DNA of 64,000 nt from Candidatus Omnitrophota bacterium (GCA_016177405.1 JACOVG010000024.1:7079-71078); one strand, 5' to 3'. Counted from the first letter of the stretch, positions 10,176-20,165 are shown. Translations and numbers: made by a program. The notes: generated from the sequence alone by a model not told the origin.

Positions 10176-10966
10176 ACCGCCACTTCAGCCCGAATGGCCG
10201 GATGGCACTGGTAATTCTCCAGCGTGAAGTCCTCGTAGGTGAAGTCGAAGATTGATTCCACCTTGGGGTTAAGCTTCATGGTTGGCAAAGGGAAGGGGTC
10301 TCGGCCAAGCTGGAGCTTCGCCTGCTCCAGATGGTTCGAATAGAGGTGCGCGTCGCCGAAGGTGTGGATGAACTCCCCGGGGGCGAGACGGCAGACCTGG
10401 GCGAACATGAGGGTGAGCAGGGCATACGAGGCGATGTTGAAGGGGACCCCCAGGAAAACATCGGCGCTCCTCTGGTACATCTGGCAGGAGAGCCGGCCGT
10501 CCGCCGCGTAAAACTGGAAGAGGCAGTGGCAGGGGGGCAGTTTCATCTTGGCCAGATCGGCCACGTTCCAGGCCGAGACGATGAGCCGCCGGGAGTCCGG
10601 ATTATTCCTGATTTGGGAGATCACCTCGGAGATTTGGTCCACGGCGCCCCGGTCTGGGGTGGGCCAGCTCCGCCACTGACGGCCGTAGACCGGGCCCAGC
10701 TCTCCCTGGGGGTCGGCCCACTCGTCCCAGATGGTGACCCCCCGGTCCCGGAGGTATTTGACGTTGGTGTCCCCCTTTAAAAACCAGAGAAGCTCGTGGA
10801 TGACCGATTTCAAATGCACCTTCTTGGTGGTGACCAGGGGGAAGCCCTCGGCCAGGTCGAACCGCATCTGATGGCCAAAGAGGCTTAAGGTTCCGGTGCC
10901 GGTCCGGTCGGATTTTCTCGTCCCGCGCTCCAGAACATCCCGCATCAGTTGGAGGTATTGGATCAT
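10172..10966 (-). CDS. thyA: Thymidylate synthase
   Basis: The translation contains the ThyA motifs HQMRFDL, LPPCH and [10 protein letters not shown]. Its stop overlaps the folA start. Confidence 0.95.
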   Translation of the reverse strand: MIQYLQLMRDVLERGTRKSDRTGTGTLSLFGHQMRFDLAEGFPLVTTKKVHLKSVIHELLWFLKGDTNVKYLRDRGVTIWDEWADPQGELGPVYGRQWRSWPTPDRGAVDQISEVISQIRNNPDSRRLIVSAWNVADLAKMKLPPCHCLFQFYAADGRLSCQMYQRSADVFLGVPFNIASYALLTLMFAQVCRLAPGEFIHTFGDAHLYSNHLEQAKLQLGRDPFPLPTMKLNPKVESIFDFTYEDFTLENYQCHPAIRAEVAV

Positions 10967-11014
10967 GGTGAATGTTATTATAGCGTGCTAAAATAATATT
11001 TTCTCGATCAAGCG
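10967..11014. promoter_or_regulatory. AT-rich divergent promoter region between thyA and nuoA
   Basis: A 48-bp AT-rich spacer (ttattatagcgtgctaaaataatatttt) sits in otherwise >60% GC DNA. It contains a TAAAAT -10-like hexamer. Confidence 0.3.
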
Positions 11015-11368
11015 ATGTCTGAATACCTCGGAGTGATCGTAACCTTCTTCTTGGCTGCCGTCGTGGGCGGGGCCTTCCTCCTTTTGGCCAGCGTCCTGGG
11101 GCCCAAGCGCCCCTCCGCGGCCAAGGCCGAGCCCTTCGAGTGCGGGAAGGAGCCGCTGGCCCTGCCGGCCGGCCGCCTGCCCGTCAAGTTTTACCTCGTG
11201 GGGATGCTCTTCATCCTGTTTGACATCGAGCTCGTCTTCCTCTTTCCGTGGGCGGTGGTCTGCCGGAAGCTGGGCCTTGTGGGTTTTGTGGAGATGGGGG
11301 CCTTCCTGGGTGTGGTGATCCTGGCTTTTGTGTACGCCCTCCAAAAGGGCGCGCTGGAGTGGCAATAG
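11015..11368 (+). CDS. nuoA: NADH-quinone oxidoreductase subunit A
   Basis: The protein is 117 aa with three TM segments and the conserved FECG and [12 protein letters not shown] motifs. Confidence 0.9.
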   Translation: MSEYLGVIVTFFLAAVVGGAFLLLASVLGPKRPSAAKAEPFECGKEPLALPAGRLPVKFYLVGMLFILFDIELVFLFPWAVVCRKLGLVGFVEMGAFLGVVILAFVYALQKGALEWQ

Positions 11369-11370
11369 CG

Positions 11371-11877
11371 ATGTTCGGCGCGGCCAATTTCCTCACGAGC
11401 AAGCTGGAATCGGCGATCGGCTGGGCCAGGAAGTTCTCCCTCTTCCAGTATCCCTTTGTGACCGCCTGCTGCGGCATGGAGTACATGGCGGCCGCCTGCT
11501 CCCACTACGACGTGGACCGCTTCGGCGCCGGCTTTCCCCGTTTCTCCCCGCGGCAGGCCGATGTGCTGTTTGTGGTGGGGACGATCAGCCACAAGATGGC
11601 CCCGGTTTTAAAGCGGATCTACGACCAAATGACCGAGCCCAAGTGGGTGGTGGCCTTCGGGGTCTGCACCTGCACCGGCGGCTTTTACGACAATTACGCC
11701 ACGGTGATGGGGATCGACACGATCATTCCGGTGGATGTTTACATCCCGGGCTGCCCCCCCAGGCCCGAGAATGTCTTGGACGGGCTCATGAAGCTTCAGG
11801 AAAAGATCCAGGCCCAGCACTCCCGAAAAGCAGTCCTTCCCGCGCAGAGATTCTATGCTCCCAAGCCAGCTGTGTGA
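11371..11877 (+). CDS. nuoB: NADH-quinone oxidoreductase subunit B
   Basis: The start was set at the internal ATG 11371, three nt after the nuoA stop. The 4Fe-4S ligand motifs CCGMEY, CTCTGG and GCPP are present. Confidence 0.92.
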   Translation: MFGAANFLTSKLESAIGWARKFSLFQYPFVTACCGMEYMAAACSHYDVDRFGAGFPRFSPRQADVLFVVGTISHKMAPVLKRIYDQMTEPKWVVAFGVCTCTGGFYDNYATVMGIDTIIPVDVYIPGCPPRPENVLDGLMKLQEKIQAQHSRKAVLPAQRFYAPKPAV

Positions 11878-12439
11878 GGCGCTGGCCGCCCGGTTCCCGG
11901 AAGCGGTCCTCGCCCGCCACACCTACCGAAACGACGCCACGGTGACCGTCCGCCCGGAGGGGCTCTTGGCGGCGGCGCGCGCCCTGAAGGAGGACCCGCT
12001 TTTTCAGATGAACTTCCTGATGGACCTGACGGCGGTGGACTATTCCGCCTTCGGCAAGAGGCCGCCCGCGCGGGGGGCCTTTCCCTCGTCGGGCGTGGAG
12101 GTCCGCCCCGAAGATGGGGTCCCGGATGAGGCCCCTTGGCCGGGGCCGGCCGTGGGCGAGCGTTTCGAGGTGGTGTACCACTTCTTCTCCTGGCCCCTGA
12201 AGCACCGCCTGCGCCTGAAGGTGCCGGTGGGGGAGGCGCTCCCCGAGGTGGATTCCTTGACGCCCCTGTGGGCCGCCGCCAACTGGTTTGAGCGGGAGGT
12301 GTGGGACATGTTCGGGATCCGGTTCCGGGGGCACCCCAACCTGAAGCGGATCCTCATGTACGAGGAGTTCGCCGGCCACCCCCTGCGCAAGGATTACCCG
12401 GTGAACAAGCGCCAGCCCTTGATCGGCCCGGTAAATTGA
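11855..12439 (+). CDS. nuoC: NADH-quinone oxidoreductase subunit C (30 kDa)
   Basis: The translation contains the NuoC motifs [12 protein letters not shown] and ERE(V)WDMFGI(RF)RGHP. There is a Gly/Pro-rich internal insertion. Confidence 0.88.
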   Translation: MLPSQLCEALAARFPEAVLARHTYRNDATVTVRPEGLLAAARALKEDPLFQMNFLMDLTAVDYSAFGKRPPARGAFPSSGVEVRPEDGVPDEAPWPGPAVGERFEVVYHFFSWPLKHRLRLKVPVGEALPEVDSLTPLWAAANWFEREVWDMFGIRFRGHPNLKRILMYEEFAGHPLRKDYPVNKRQPLIGPVN

Positions 12440-12574
12440 CATGAGGCCAGAACTTACGGAACGCAGAGACGTAAGTTCCCCGGCCGAATGTCATCCCGAG
12501 GAGGCCCCCAGGCCGACGAAGGATCTCATGAGGCGAGATTGCTTCGTCCGCCAAAGATCGTTGGCGGACTCGCA
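12440..12574. repeat. REP-like elements inserted between nuoC and nuoD
   Basis: The half-sites gtcatcccgagg...ggatctc and gcgagattgcttcgtccgccaaagatcgttggcggactcgcaatgac are the inverted orientation of the 2764 element. They occupy the whole nuoC-nuoD spacer. Confidence 0.6.
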
Positions 12575-13912
12575 ATGACGGAGCAGTCCTTGGAAACGCG
12601 CGACATGCTGCTGAACGTGGGCCCGGCCCACCCGGCCATGCACGGGATCGTCCGGATCATCACCCGCCTGGAGGCGGAGGTGATCCGGGAGGCCGACGTG
12701 GAGATCGGCTACCTCCACCGGGGCTTCGAGAAGATGTCCGAGGAGGTTCCCTTCAACGGGGTGATCCCCTACACCGACCGGCTCAATTACGTGTCGCCGC
12801 TTATCAACAACATGGGCTACTGCATGGCGGTGGAGAAACTCCTGGGGCTGACGGTGCCGGAGCGCTGCCACTACATCCGGGTGCTGATGTCGGAGATCTC
12901 CCGGGTGTGCGACCACTTGACCTGCATCGGGGCCACCGCCATGGAGCTGGGGGCCTTCACCGTCTTCCTCTATATGATCAAGGCGAGGGAGTTCCTGTGG
13001 GAGCTGGTCGAGGAGGTCACCGGGGCGAGACTGACCATCTCTTACTGCCGGGTGGGAGGGGTCAAGGCCGATCTGCCGGGGGATTTTGCCGGGCGCGCCC
13101 AGGAGGCGATCCGCCAGACCCGCGAGGTCCTGAAAGAGGTGGACAAGCTCTTGACCCGCAACCGGATCTTCGTGGACCGGATGAAGGCCACCGGAAAGAT
13201 CACGCAGGAGGAGGCGGTCTCCTACGGGATCACCGGCCCCTTCTTAAGGTCCACCGGGGTGAGCTTTGACGTCCGCAAGGCCCAGCCGTACGCCATCTAC
13301 GACCGGCTCAAGTTTGAGGTTCCCTTAGGTGTCCACGGGGACAACCTGGACCGCTACTACGTCCGGATGGAGGAGATGGAGCAGGCGATGCGGATGGTGG
13401 AGCAGTGCCTGGCGCAGATGCCGCCGGGCCCGGTCGGGGTGAGCCCCGAAACCGGAGAACCTATCCCCGCGGCCGAGATGGTGGACAAGGCCAAGAGGGG
13501 GGAGATTCACTCCATTGCCGGCCGGGCCGCCGTGACCGACCCCACCCTGGAGGGAAGCGGCCAGTCGGCTCATCCGGCGATCGGCGCCGCCGAAAAAAGG
13601 GTTTTCCTGCCGCCCAAGGAGGACACCTACGGCAACATCGAGGGGCTGATGCAGCACTTCAAGCTGGTCATGTTCGGCCACGGCATCCGGCCGCCCAAGG
13701 GGGAGGTTTACTTCCCGGTGGAGGGGGCCAATGGGGAGCTGGGCTTCTACGTGGTCAGCGACGGCTCGGACAAGGCCTACCGGGTCCGGGTGCGGCCGCC
13801 CTGCTTCACCATCATGGCGGCCTTGCCCCGGCTGCTTCAGGGGGACATGATGGCCGATGTGGTGCCCACCTTTGGGTCGGTGAACATGATCGGCGGCGAG
13901 CTCGACCGATGA
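12575..13912 (+). CDS. nuoD: NADH-quinone oxidoreductase subunit D (49 kDa)
   Basis: The start was set at the internal ATG 12575 (MTEQSLETRDMLLNVGPAHPAMHG...), because upstream codons are repeat-encoded. NiFe-hydrogenase-like large-subunit motifs are present. Confidence 0.92.
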   Translation: MTEQSLETRDMLLNVGPAHPAMHGIVRIITRLEAEVIREADVEIGYLHRGFEKMSEEVPFNGVIPYTDRLNYVSPLINNMGYCMAVEKLLGLTVPERCHYIRVLMSEISRVCDHLTCIGATAMELGAFTVFLYMIKAREFLWELVEEVTGARLTISYCRVGGVKADLPGDFAGRAQEAIRQTREVLKEVDKLLTRNRIFVDRMKATGKITQEEAVSYGITGPFLRSTGVSFDVRKAQPYAIYDRLKFEVPLGVHGDNLDRYYVRMEEMEQAMRMVEQCLAQMPPGPVGVSPETGEPIPAAEMVDKAKRGEIHSIAGRAAVTDPTLEGSGQSAHPAIGAAEKRVFLPPKEDTYGNIEGLMQHFKLVMFGHGIRPPKGEVYFPVEGANGELGFYVVSDGSDKAYRVRVRPPCFTIMAALPRLLQGDMMADVVPTFGSVNMIGGELDR

Positions 13913-15729
13913 CGGTCTTCGACTTTAAGAGCCTGGATTCCCAGGCGAAGGTGATCATCGGGCGCTACGAGGAGCCCCGGGCGGCCATGCTGCCCCTCCT
14001 GTGGCTGGTGCAGGAGCGGGCGGGCTTCATCCCGCCGGAGGGGGAGGCCTGGGTGAGCCAGAAGCTGGGGGTGGCCATCTCCCATGTCCGGGAGGTGGTC
14101 TCCTTTTACACGATGTTCCGGACAAAACCGGCCGGCAAGCACCACCTTCAGCTTTGCATGAGCTTGCCGTGTCTCCTCAAGGGTTCCGGCGGCGTTTTGG
14201 CCCAACTCACGGAGCGTCTGGGAATAGGCGCCGGGGAAACCACCCTCGACGGCAAGGTGACCCTCTCCACCGTGGAATGCCTGTGCGCCTGCGAATCGGC
14301 CCCGATGGCGCAGGTGAACGAGCGCTACGTGGGGCCTCTGGATGCCAAGAGCCTGCCGGAGGTCTTTCGCCATCTCTTGGAGGAGCCCCATACCCCGGCG
14401 CGCTTTGACGAGTACAGCTCTTTTCACGTCTCCACCGGCGGGCCGGTTCTTTCGAAACGCTTCAAGAACGCCGAGGGGACCTGGTTCGACGCCTACGCGG
14501 CCGATGGGGGCTACGAGGCGGCCCGGAAGGCGTTGACCTCCATGACCCCCGCCCAGGTGACCGAGGAAATCTCCCGCTCCAACCTGCGCGGCTTGGGGGG
14601 CGCCGGCTTTCCCACGGGAAAGAAATGGGGATTCATCCCCAAGGCCTCTTCCAAGCCGGTCTTTCTGGTGGTGAACGCCGATGAGGGAGAGCCCGGCACC
14701 TTCAAGGACCGGTACCTCCTGGAGCGGGACCCGCACGCCCTGCTCGAGGGGATGATCATCGCCGCTTACGCCATCGGCTCCCACAAGGCGTACGTCTACA
14801 TCCGGGGCGAGTATTTCCGGCCGGCCGCCCGGTTCGCCAAGGCCGTGGAAGAGGCCTACGCGCGCGGGTGGCTGGGCAAGAAGATCCAGGGCACCGGCTT
14901 CGATCTGGAGGTGGTGATCCACCGCGGGGCAGGGGCCTACATCTGCGGCGAGGAGACGGCCCTCTTGTCTTCTCTGGAAGGGGGGAAGGGCTACCCGAAG
15001 CTGAAGCCCCCTTTTCCGGCGATCTCCGGGCTCTTCAAGTGCCCGACCATCGTCAACAATGTGGAAACCCTTTCGTGTGTCCCGCCGATCATCCGCCAGG
15101 GGGCGGCGTGGTTCGCGGGGCTGGGGACCGCCAAGCAGGGGGGAAGCCGGCTCTTCAGCCTGTCCGGTCACGCGGCCAGGCCGGGCCTGTATGAGGCCCC
15201 GGTAACAGTCACCCTGCGGGATCTCATCATGAACCAGGCCGGCGGCGTCCGCCAAGGGCGAAAACTGAAGGCGGTGATCCCGGGCGGCATCTCCGCCAAG
15301 GTGCTGACGGCCGACGAGATTGATGTGGCGATGGATTTCGATTCGCTCGCGGAGCGCGGGACGATGGCCGGTTCGGCCGGGGTCATCGTGATGGACGAGA
15401 CCACCTGCATGGTGGAGGCCCTGGCCAGCGCGGCCCGCTTCTTCGCGGACGAATCGTGCGGCCAATGCTCGCCCTGCCGGGAAGGGACCGGCTGGATCCT
15501 GAAGGTGATGAACCGGATCCGGCGCGGCGAGGGCCGCGACGGGGATCTGGAGGCCCTGCTTTCCGCGGCCTCCCGCATGGAGGGCAAGACGATCTGCGTC
15601 TTTGCCGACGCCGCGGCCTGGCCGGTTGTGAGCTACATCACGAAGTTCCGTTCGGAGTTTGAGCACCACGTGAAAACCGGAACCTGCGATTTGAAGCGAG
15701 AGCCGTCTCATGCCCACGCTGACCATTGA
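13909..15729 (+). CDS. nuoEF: Fused NADH-quinone oxidoreductase subunits E and F (single 606-aa polypeptide)
   Basis: The ATG 13909 overlaps the nuoD stop as ATGA. The N-terminal part carries the NuoE 2Fe-2S motif CMSLPC...CLCAC. The same frame continues without a stop into NuoF, which carries GGAGFPTGKKW, GEPGTFKDR and ESCGQCSPCREG. Confidence 0.8.
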   Translation: MTVFDFKSLDSQAKVIIGRYEEPRAAMLPLLWLVQERAGFIPPEGEAWVSQKLGVAISHVREVVSFYTMFRTKPAGKHHLQLCMSLPCLLKGSGGVLAQLTERLGIGAGETTLDGKVTLSTVECLCACESAPMAQVNERYVGPLDAKSLPEVFRHLLEEPHTPARFDEYSSFHVSTGGPVLSKRFKNAEGTWFDAYAADGGYEAARKALTSMTPAQVTEEISRSNLRGLGGAGFPTGKKWGFIPKASSKPVFLVVNADEGEPGTFKDRYLLERDPHALLEGMIIAAYAIGSHKAYVYIRGEYFRPAARFAKAVEEAYARGWLGKKIQGTGFDLEVVIHRGAGAYICGEETALLSSLEGGKGYPKLKPPFPAISGLFKCPTIVNNVETLSCVPPIIRQGAAWFAGLGTAKQGGSRLFSLSGHAARPGLYEAPVTVTLRDLIMNQAGGVRQGRKLKAVIPGGISAKVLTADEIDVAMDFDSLAERGTMAGSAGVIVMDETTCMVEALASAARFFADESCGQCSPCREGTGWILKVMNRIRRGEGRDGDLEALLSAASRMEGKTICVFADAAAWPVVSYITKFRSEFEHHVKTGTCDLKREPSHAHADH

Positions 15730-17389
15730 CGGCAAGCCGGTCACCGTGCCGGAAGGGACCACGGTGATCCAGGCGGCCGAAAAGCTCGGGATCTTCGTCC
15801 CGCGCTACTGCTACCACCCCGGCCTCTCGGTCGCCGGCAACTGCAGGATTTGCCTGGTGGAGGTGGCGAAAAGCCCCAAGCTTCAGATCGCCTGCAACAC
15901 GCCCGCCGCCGAGGGGATGGTGGTGCTCACCCGCGGCGCGAAGGTTGAGGAGGGCCGGCAGGCGGTGCTGGAGTTTCTCCTGATCAACCATCCCCTGGAC
16001 TGCCCGGTCTGCGATCAGTCGGGGGAGTGCGACCTCCAGAACTTCTACATGACCTACGGCCTCTACGACCCCCGCTTCAAGGAGCAGAAGGTGAAAAAGG
16101 CCAAGGCCGTCGCGATCGGGCCGAAGGTCATGCTGGACGCCGAGCGCTGTATCCTTTGCTCCAGGTGCGTGCGCTTCACCGACGAGGTCACGAAGACCGG
16201 CGAGTTCGGGATCTTCAATCGGGGTGACCGCTCCCAGATCGGCCTGTATCCCGGCAAGACGCTGGACAACCCCTACTCCGGCAATGTGGTGGACATCTGC
16301 CCGGTGGGGGCCCTGACCGACCGGGACTTCCGGTTCAAGGCCAGGGTCTGGTACCTCTCGACGGCCCCGTCGGTGTGCGGCGGCTGTTCCCGCGGATGCA
16401 ACGTCGACCTCCATTACGTCCTGGACCGGCCCCACCTGGCCCAGGGCGCGCGGGTGATGCGGCTCAAGCCCCGCTTCAACCCCGACGTCAACCGGTGGTG
16501 GATGTGCGACGAGGGTCGCTACGGCTACAAATTCATGGATCAGAAACGGCTTACCCGGGTGACCCACCGCGGGTCGGAAAGCACCTGGGAAGAGGCCCTG
16601 ACGGCCCTGGCCGGCTGGCTCGCCCGGGCCCGGGAGGAGGGCCGGCTGGATCAGGTGGGAGTGATCCCCTCCGCGCGGTTGACCACCGAGGAGCTTTTTC
16701 TGATCCGGAAGCTGTTTCAGGAAGCGCTTGGATTGAAGAACTGCCTCCTGGACCTCCCGCCCAAAGACGGCACCAGCGACGGCTTTCTGATTCAGGCGGA
16801 TAAAAACCCGAATACAATGGGCGCCGCGCTTTTGGACCTCTCACCCTCACCCCAACCCTCTCCCATCAAGGGAGAGGGCGGTGGGGCGGGGGATGGCCTG
16901 TCCATCCTCCAGAAGGCCCTGGACGGCCAGCTGAAGGCGCTCTGGATCTTCGGCCACGATCTGGTGGGGCTTCTGGGAGAAGAGAAGACGGCCCAGCTGG
17001 CCAAACAGCTTGAGCTTCTTGTCTATCAGGGTTCGAACGAAAACCCGACCGCGCGCCATGCCCATTGGGTCCTGCCCGGCGCGGTCTACGTGGAGAAGGA
17101 CGGCACCTTCGTGAACTGCCAGGGGCGGGTCCAGAGGGTGGGCAAGGCGTTCAAGCCCCTTCCTGGGGCGCGGCCGGAGGCGGAATTTCTGGTGGAGTTG
17201 GCCAAGCGGCTTGAGATCCAGGTCCAGGGCCGGACGCCCGAGGAGCTGTTTGCCTGGCTGGCGCGGGAGGTCCCCGCCTTCGCGGGGCTCACCTACGAAA
17301 AGCTGGGCTGGCAGGGGATGGCCGTAAACTTGTCGTCATCCTCGCGAAAGCGAGGATCCCCGATCGAGTCGGGGATGACAAACCCATGA
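15710..17389 (+). CDS. nuoG: NADH-quinone oxidoreductase subunit G, short form
   Basis: The N-terminal 2Fe-2S and 4Fe-4S cysteine clusters (CRICLVEV, HPLDCPVCDQSGECDLQ, CILCSRCVRF) are present. The protein is 559 aa and contains a repeat-derived insertion; its last ~20 codons are repeat-derived. Confidence 0.85.
   Translation: MPTLTIDGKPVTVPEGTTVIQAAEKLGIFVPRYCYHPGLSVAGNCRICLVEVAKSPKLQIACNTPAAEGMVVLTRGAKVEEGRQAVLEFLLINHPLDCPVCDQSGECDLQNFYMTYGLYDPRFKEQKVKKAKAVAIGPKVMLDAERCILCSRCVRFTDEVTKTGEFGIFNRGDRSQIGLYPGKTLDNPYSGNVVDICPVGALTDRDFRFKARVWYLSTAPSVCGGCSRGCNVDLHYVLDRPHLAQGARVMRLKPRFNPDVNRWWMCDEGRYGYKFMDQKRLTRVTHRGSESTWEEALTALAGWLARAREEGRLDQVGVIPSARLTTEELFLIRKLFQEALGLKNCLLDLPPKDGTSDGFLIQADKNPNTMGAALLDLSPSPQPSPIKGEGGGAGDGLSILQKALDGQLKALWIFGHDLVGLLGEEKTAQLAKQLELLVYQGSNENPTARHAHWVLPGAVYVEKDGTFVNCQGRVQRVGKAFKPLPGARPEAEFLVELAKRLEIQVQGRTPEELFAWLAREVPAFAGLTYEKLGWQGMAVNLSSSSRKRGSPIESGMTNP
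16848..16905. repeat. GGGAGAGGG-hairpin repeat copy inserted in-frame inside nuoG
   Basis: The sequence ctcaccctcaccccaaccctctcccatcaagggagagggcggtggggcggggg encodes LSPSPQPSPIKGEGGGAGDG. It is the same family as the tandem copies at 29478-29565 and the copy at 45545-45596. Confidence 0.5.
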
Positions 17390-17392
17390 CCG
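17330..17392. repeat. REP-like element forming the 3' end of nuoG and the nuoG/nuoH junction
   Basis: The sequence gtcgtcatcctcgcgaaagcgaggatccccgatcgagtcggggatgacaaacc has two nested hairpins. It encodes the nuoG tail SSSRKRGSPIESGMTNP. Confidence 0.55.
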
Positions 17393-18477
17393 GATACTTC
17401 CTCATCAAGCTGGCGCTGGCCTCGGTGGTCTTCTTCGGGGTGCTGAACTTGGCCGGCCTGCACACCTGGGTGGAGCGCAAGCAGTCGGCCCTCATGCAGG
17501 ATCGGATCGGGGCCAACCGGGCGAGCATCCTGGGGCTTCGCCTCTTTGGGATCTTTCACCCGCTGGCCGACGCGGTGAAGATGTTCACCAAGGAGGATTT
17601 CATCCCGGCGGGCGCGGACCGCTTCCTCCATACGCTGGCCCCTTTCGTCTCCATCTTCTTCGCCCTGGCGGCCTTCGCGGGCATCCCCTTCGGGGACCGG
17701 CTTGCCGTGGGCGGGCAAATGATCGAACTGCAGGTGGCCAAGATAGACGTGGCCCTCCTCTACATCTTCGCGATGCTCTCCCTGGGGATCTACGGCGTCA
17801 TCCTGGCCGGGTTCGCCTCCCGCAGCAACTACGCCATGCTGGGCTCCCTGCGGGCCTGCGCCCAGATGCTCTCCTACGAGATTGTCCTTGGGGTTTCCAT
17901 CATCGGGGTCGTGATGGTCTTCGGGACGCTGGACCTCCAGGAGATGGTCCGGGCGCAGGGGAAATATTTCCTGGGCGTGGTCCCCCTGTGGGGGGTGGTC
18001 CTTCAGCCGGCGGCCTTCTTCATCTTCCTGACGGCGGCGCTGGCCGAAACCAAGCGGGTCCCCTTTGACCTGCCGGAAGGGGAGTCGGAGATCGTGGGCT
18101 ACTTCGTGGAATACTCCGGGATGAAATTCGGGATGTTCTTCATGACCGATTTCATCGAGACGGTGATGGTGGCGTGCCTGGCGACCACCCTCTTCTTCGG
18201 CGGCTGGCAGGTGCCCTACCTCCGGCCGGAGGGTTTCTTCTTCCCCTGGGGGGCCCATCTGGCGGTGAGCCAGCTCACCTACGTTCTTCTTGGGGTGGGG
18301 GCCTTCATGCTGAAGGTGATCGTCTTCTGCTGGCTCTTCATGACGATCCGCTGGACTCTGCCCCGGTTCCGATACGATCAGCTGATGCATTTGGGCTGGG
18401 GGATCCTCTTTCCGATCTCGTTGGCGAACGTGCTGGTCACCGGCTTGGTGTTGGCGTGCTTCGGAAACGCGAATTAA
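17386..18477 (+). CDS. nuoH: NADH-quinone oxidoreductase subunit H
   Basis: The protein is 363 aa with eight TM segments and the NuoH/ND1 motifs RKQSALMQDRIGANR and EYSGMKF. Its ATG overlaps the nuoG stop. Confidence 0.92.
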   Translation: MTGYFLIKLALASVVFFGVLNLAGLHTWVERKQSALMQDRIGANRASILGLRLFGIFHPLADAVKMFTKEDFIPAGADRFLHTLAPFVSIFFALAAFAGIPFGDRLAVGGQMIELQVAKIDVALLYIFAMLSLGIYGVILAGFASRSNYAMLGSLRACAQMLSYEIVLGVSIIGVVMVFGTLDLQEMVRAQGKYFLGVVPLWGVVLQPAAFFIFLTAALAETKRVPFDLPEGESEIVGYFVEYSGMKFGMFFMTDFIETVMVACLATTLFFGGWQVPYLRPEGFFFPWGAHLAVSQLTYVLLGVGAFMLKVIVFCWLFMTIRWTLPRFRYDQLMHLGWGILFPISLANVLVTGLVLACFGNAN

Positions 18478-19091
18478 ACTTCTGGGAGAGGATTTACCTC
18501 CCCGAGATCATCCGGGGCGTGGCGATCACAAGCCGCCATTTTTTCGTGAATCTCTTCTTCCACAGCGCCCACCGGCTGGGGCTTTTCAAGGGCAAGCTGG
18601 CGGCCGTCACCTTTCAGTATCCGGAGCAGACCCGCCCCCTGGCGTCCAGGTCGCGCACCCGGCACCGGCTGACCGTCCGGGAGGAGGGGACCCCCCGGTG
18701 CGTGGGTTGTATGCTCTGCGAGACGGTCTGCCCGGCCAAGTGCATCACCATCGTGGCCGGCGAGCACCCGGACCCCAACGTGGAGAAATATCCGGTGCGC
18801 TTCGACATTGACCTGGGGGTGTGCGTCTACTGCGGGTACTGTGTGGAGGTCTGCCCGGAGGACGCCATCCGGATGGACACCGAGATCCTGGACATCGCCG
18901 CCTACTCCCGCGACGCGATGAAGCTGGACCTCCATGAGCTGATGGACCCCAAACTGCGCAAGCCGGTGGCGGAGTGCAAGCTGAAATTCCCGCACCAGTG
19001 CAAAATTCATGGGAACCAAACGAGGGGGAGCTGGAAGGCCGTTTACGGAGAGCAAACATGCGCTGCCGGGAGCTTGGAACCACAGGACTGA
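18456..19091 (+). CDS. nuoI: NADH-quinone oxidoreductase subunit I (2x[4Fe-4S] ferredoxin)
   Basis: The two ferredoxin motifs [12 protein letters not shown] and [12 protein letters not shown] are present. There is no in-frame ATG, so a GTG start at 18456 was chosen, giving an N-terminus [21 protein letters not shown]. Confidence 0.8.
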   Translation: MLRKRELNFWERIYLPEIIRGVAITSRHFFVNLFFHSAHRLGLFKGKLAAVTFQYPEQTRPLASRSRTRHRLTVREEGTPRCVGCMLCETVCPAKCITIVAGEHPDPNVEKYPVRFDIDLGVCVYCGYCVEVCPEDAIRMDTEILDIAAYSRDAMKLDLHELMDPKLRKPVAECKLKFPHQCKIHGNQTRGSWKAVYGEQTCAAGSLEPQD

Positions 19092-20074
19092 AGGTCTCCG
19101 AGATCGGCTTCGGGGTCTGGACCGTGGCCACCACCTGGTGGGGGATCAAGGAGGAGGCGGTTGGCGTGCGGCTTCTTCAGAAGGCCTTTGATCTGGGGAT
19201 CAACTTCTTCGACACGGCCGACACCTACGGCACCGGCCTGGGGGAGACGATCCTGGCCAAGGCGCTGGGAGATAAGCGGGATCAGATCGTCATCGGCACC
19301 AAGGTGGGCTACGACTTTTACCACCACACCTCCCGCCAGGGGCAGGAGGAGATCCCGCAGGATTTCTCCGCCAAGTATCTGGAATTCGCGCTGGGAGAGT
19401 CGTTGAAGCGGCTGGGCGCCGAAACGATTGATCTCTACCAGCTCCACAACCCCAGGATCGAGGCGATCGCCAACGACGAAATCTTTGAAACCCTGGAGCG
19501 CTTCAAGAAGGAAGGGAAGATCAGAAGCTACGGCGTCGCCCTGGGGCCGGCCATCGCCGAACGGCAGATTGATGAAGGCAAGCTTGCCATCAAAACCCGC
19601 GGGGTTTCTGCCGTCCAGATCATCTACAACCTGCTGGAGCCCATGCTGGGGCAGGCCCTCTTTCCGGCGGCCCGCGGGGGATCGGCCGGTTTCCTTGTTC
19701 GGGTGCCCCATGCCTCCGGCCTGCTGGACGGCACGGTGACGCCGCGGACGACCTTCGCCCAGACCGACCACCGCTTCCACCGGGTTTCCACCGATGAGAG
19801 AAAGAAGAAATGGCAGGAAGAGGGTTTGAAGAAGGTGGAGAGGCTTGCCTTCCTCACGGAAGGCAAGGGAAGGAGCCTGGGCCAGGCGGCCCTCAAATTC
19901 ATCTTGTCGGAGCCCACCGTCACGTCGGTTTTGCCCAACATCTACAACAAGAAACTCCTCGCCGAATTTGCCAAGGCTCCAGATTCCATGGACTTGACCG
20001 CCGATGAACTGAAGAAGGTGCAAGAACTGTACGCCTCGGACTTCGACCTTGCCCCAAGTCGCGCCGTACGTTAG
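19058..20074 (+). CDS. Aldo/keto reductase family oxidoreductase
   Basis: The N-terminus [21 protein letters not shown]...FFDTADTYG is an AKR signature. The start was set at the internal ATG 19058 of ORF 18974..20074. Confidence 0.85.
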   Translation: MRCRELGTTGLKVSEIGFGVWTVATTWWGIKEEAVGVRLLQKAFDLGINFFDTADTYGTGLGETILAKALGDKRDQIVIGTKVGYDFYHHTSRQGQEEIPQDFSAKYLEFALGESLKRLGAETIDLYQLHNPRIEAIANDEIFETLERFKKEGKIRSYGVALGPAIAERQIDEGKLAIKTRGVSAVQIIYNLLEPMLGQALFPAARGGSAGFLVRVPHASGLLDGTVTPRTTFAQTDHRFHRVSTDERKKKWQEEGLKKVERLAFLTEGKGRSLGQAALKFILSEPTVTSVLPNIYNKKLLAEFAKAPDSMDLTADELKKVQELYASDFDLAPSRAVR

Positions 20075-20137
20075 TATTTATATAAAGTTAAATTTAATCT
20101 TGTTTTTCCCGCTTTCCATCAGGTAAACTTACATTTG

Positions 20138-20165
20138 GAAACCCTCTATTCGCAAGGGGTTTTTT
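20138..20165 (+). terminator. Putative intrinsic terminator downstream of the AKR gene
   Basis: The stem aaaccc / gggttt has a 12-nt loop and is followed by a T-run (tttttt). Confidence 0.35.

Noticed and set aside
13405-15729. A 774-aa ORF was suggested as an even longer NuoEF.
   Set aside because: The first 168 codons overlap nuoD in another frame and are Arg/Gly/Pro low-complexity. The ATG at 13909, overlapping the nuoD stop, fits NuoE homology.
15638-18390. Long antisense ORFs opposite nuoG/nuoH (e.g. 15638-16567, 17293-18390), and similar ones opposite nuoL/M/N and leuC, were considered.
   Set aside because: These are high-GC shadow frames. They are rich in Arg, Gly, Pro, His and Asp, have no motifs, and are fully overlapped by well-supported genes.
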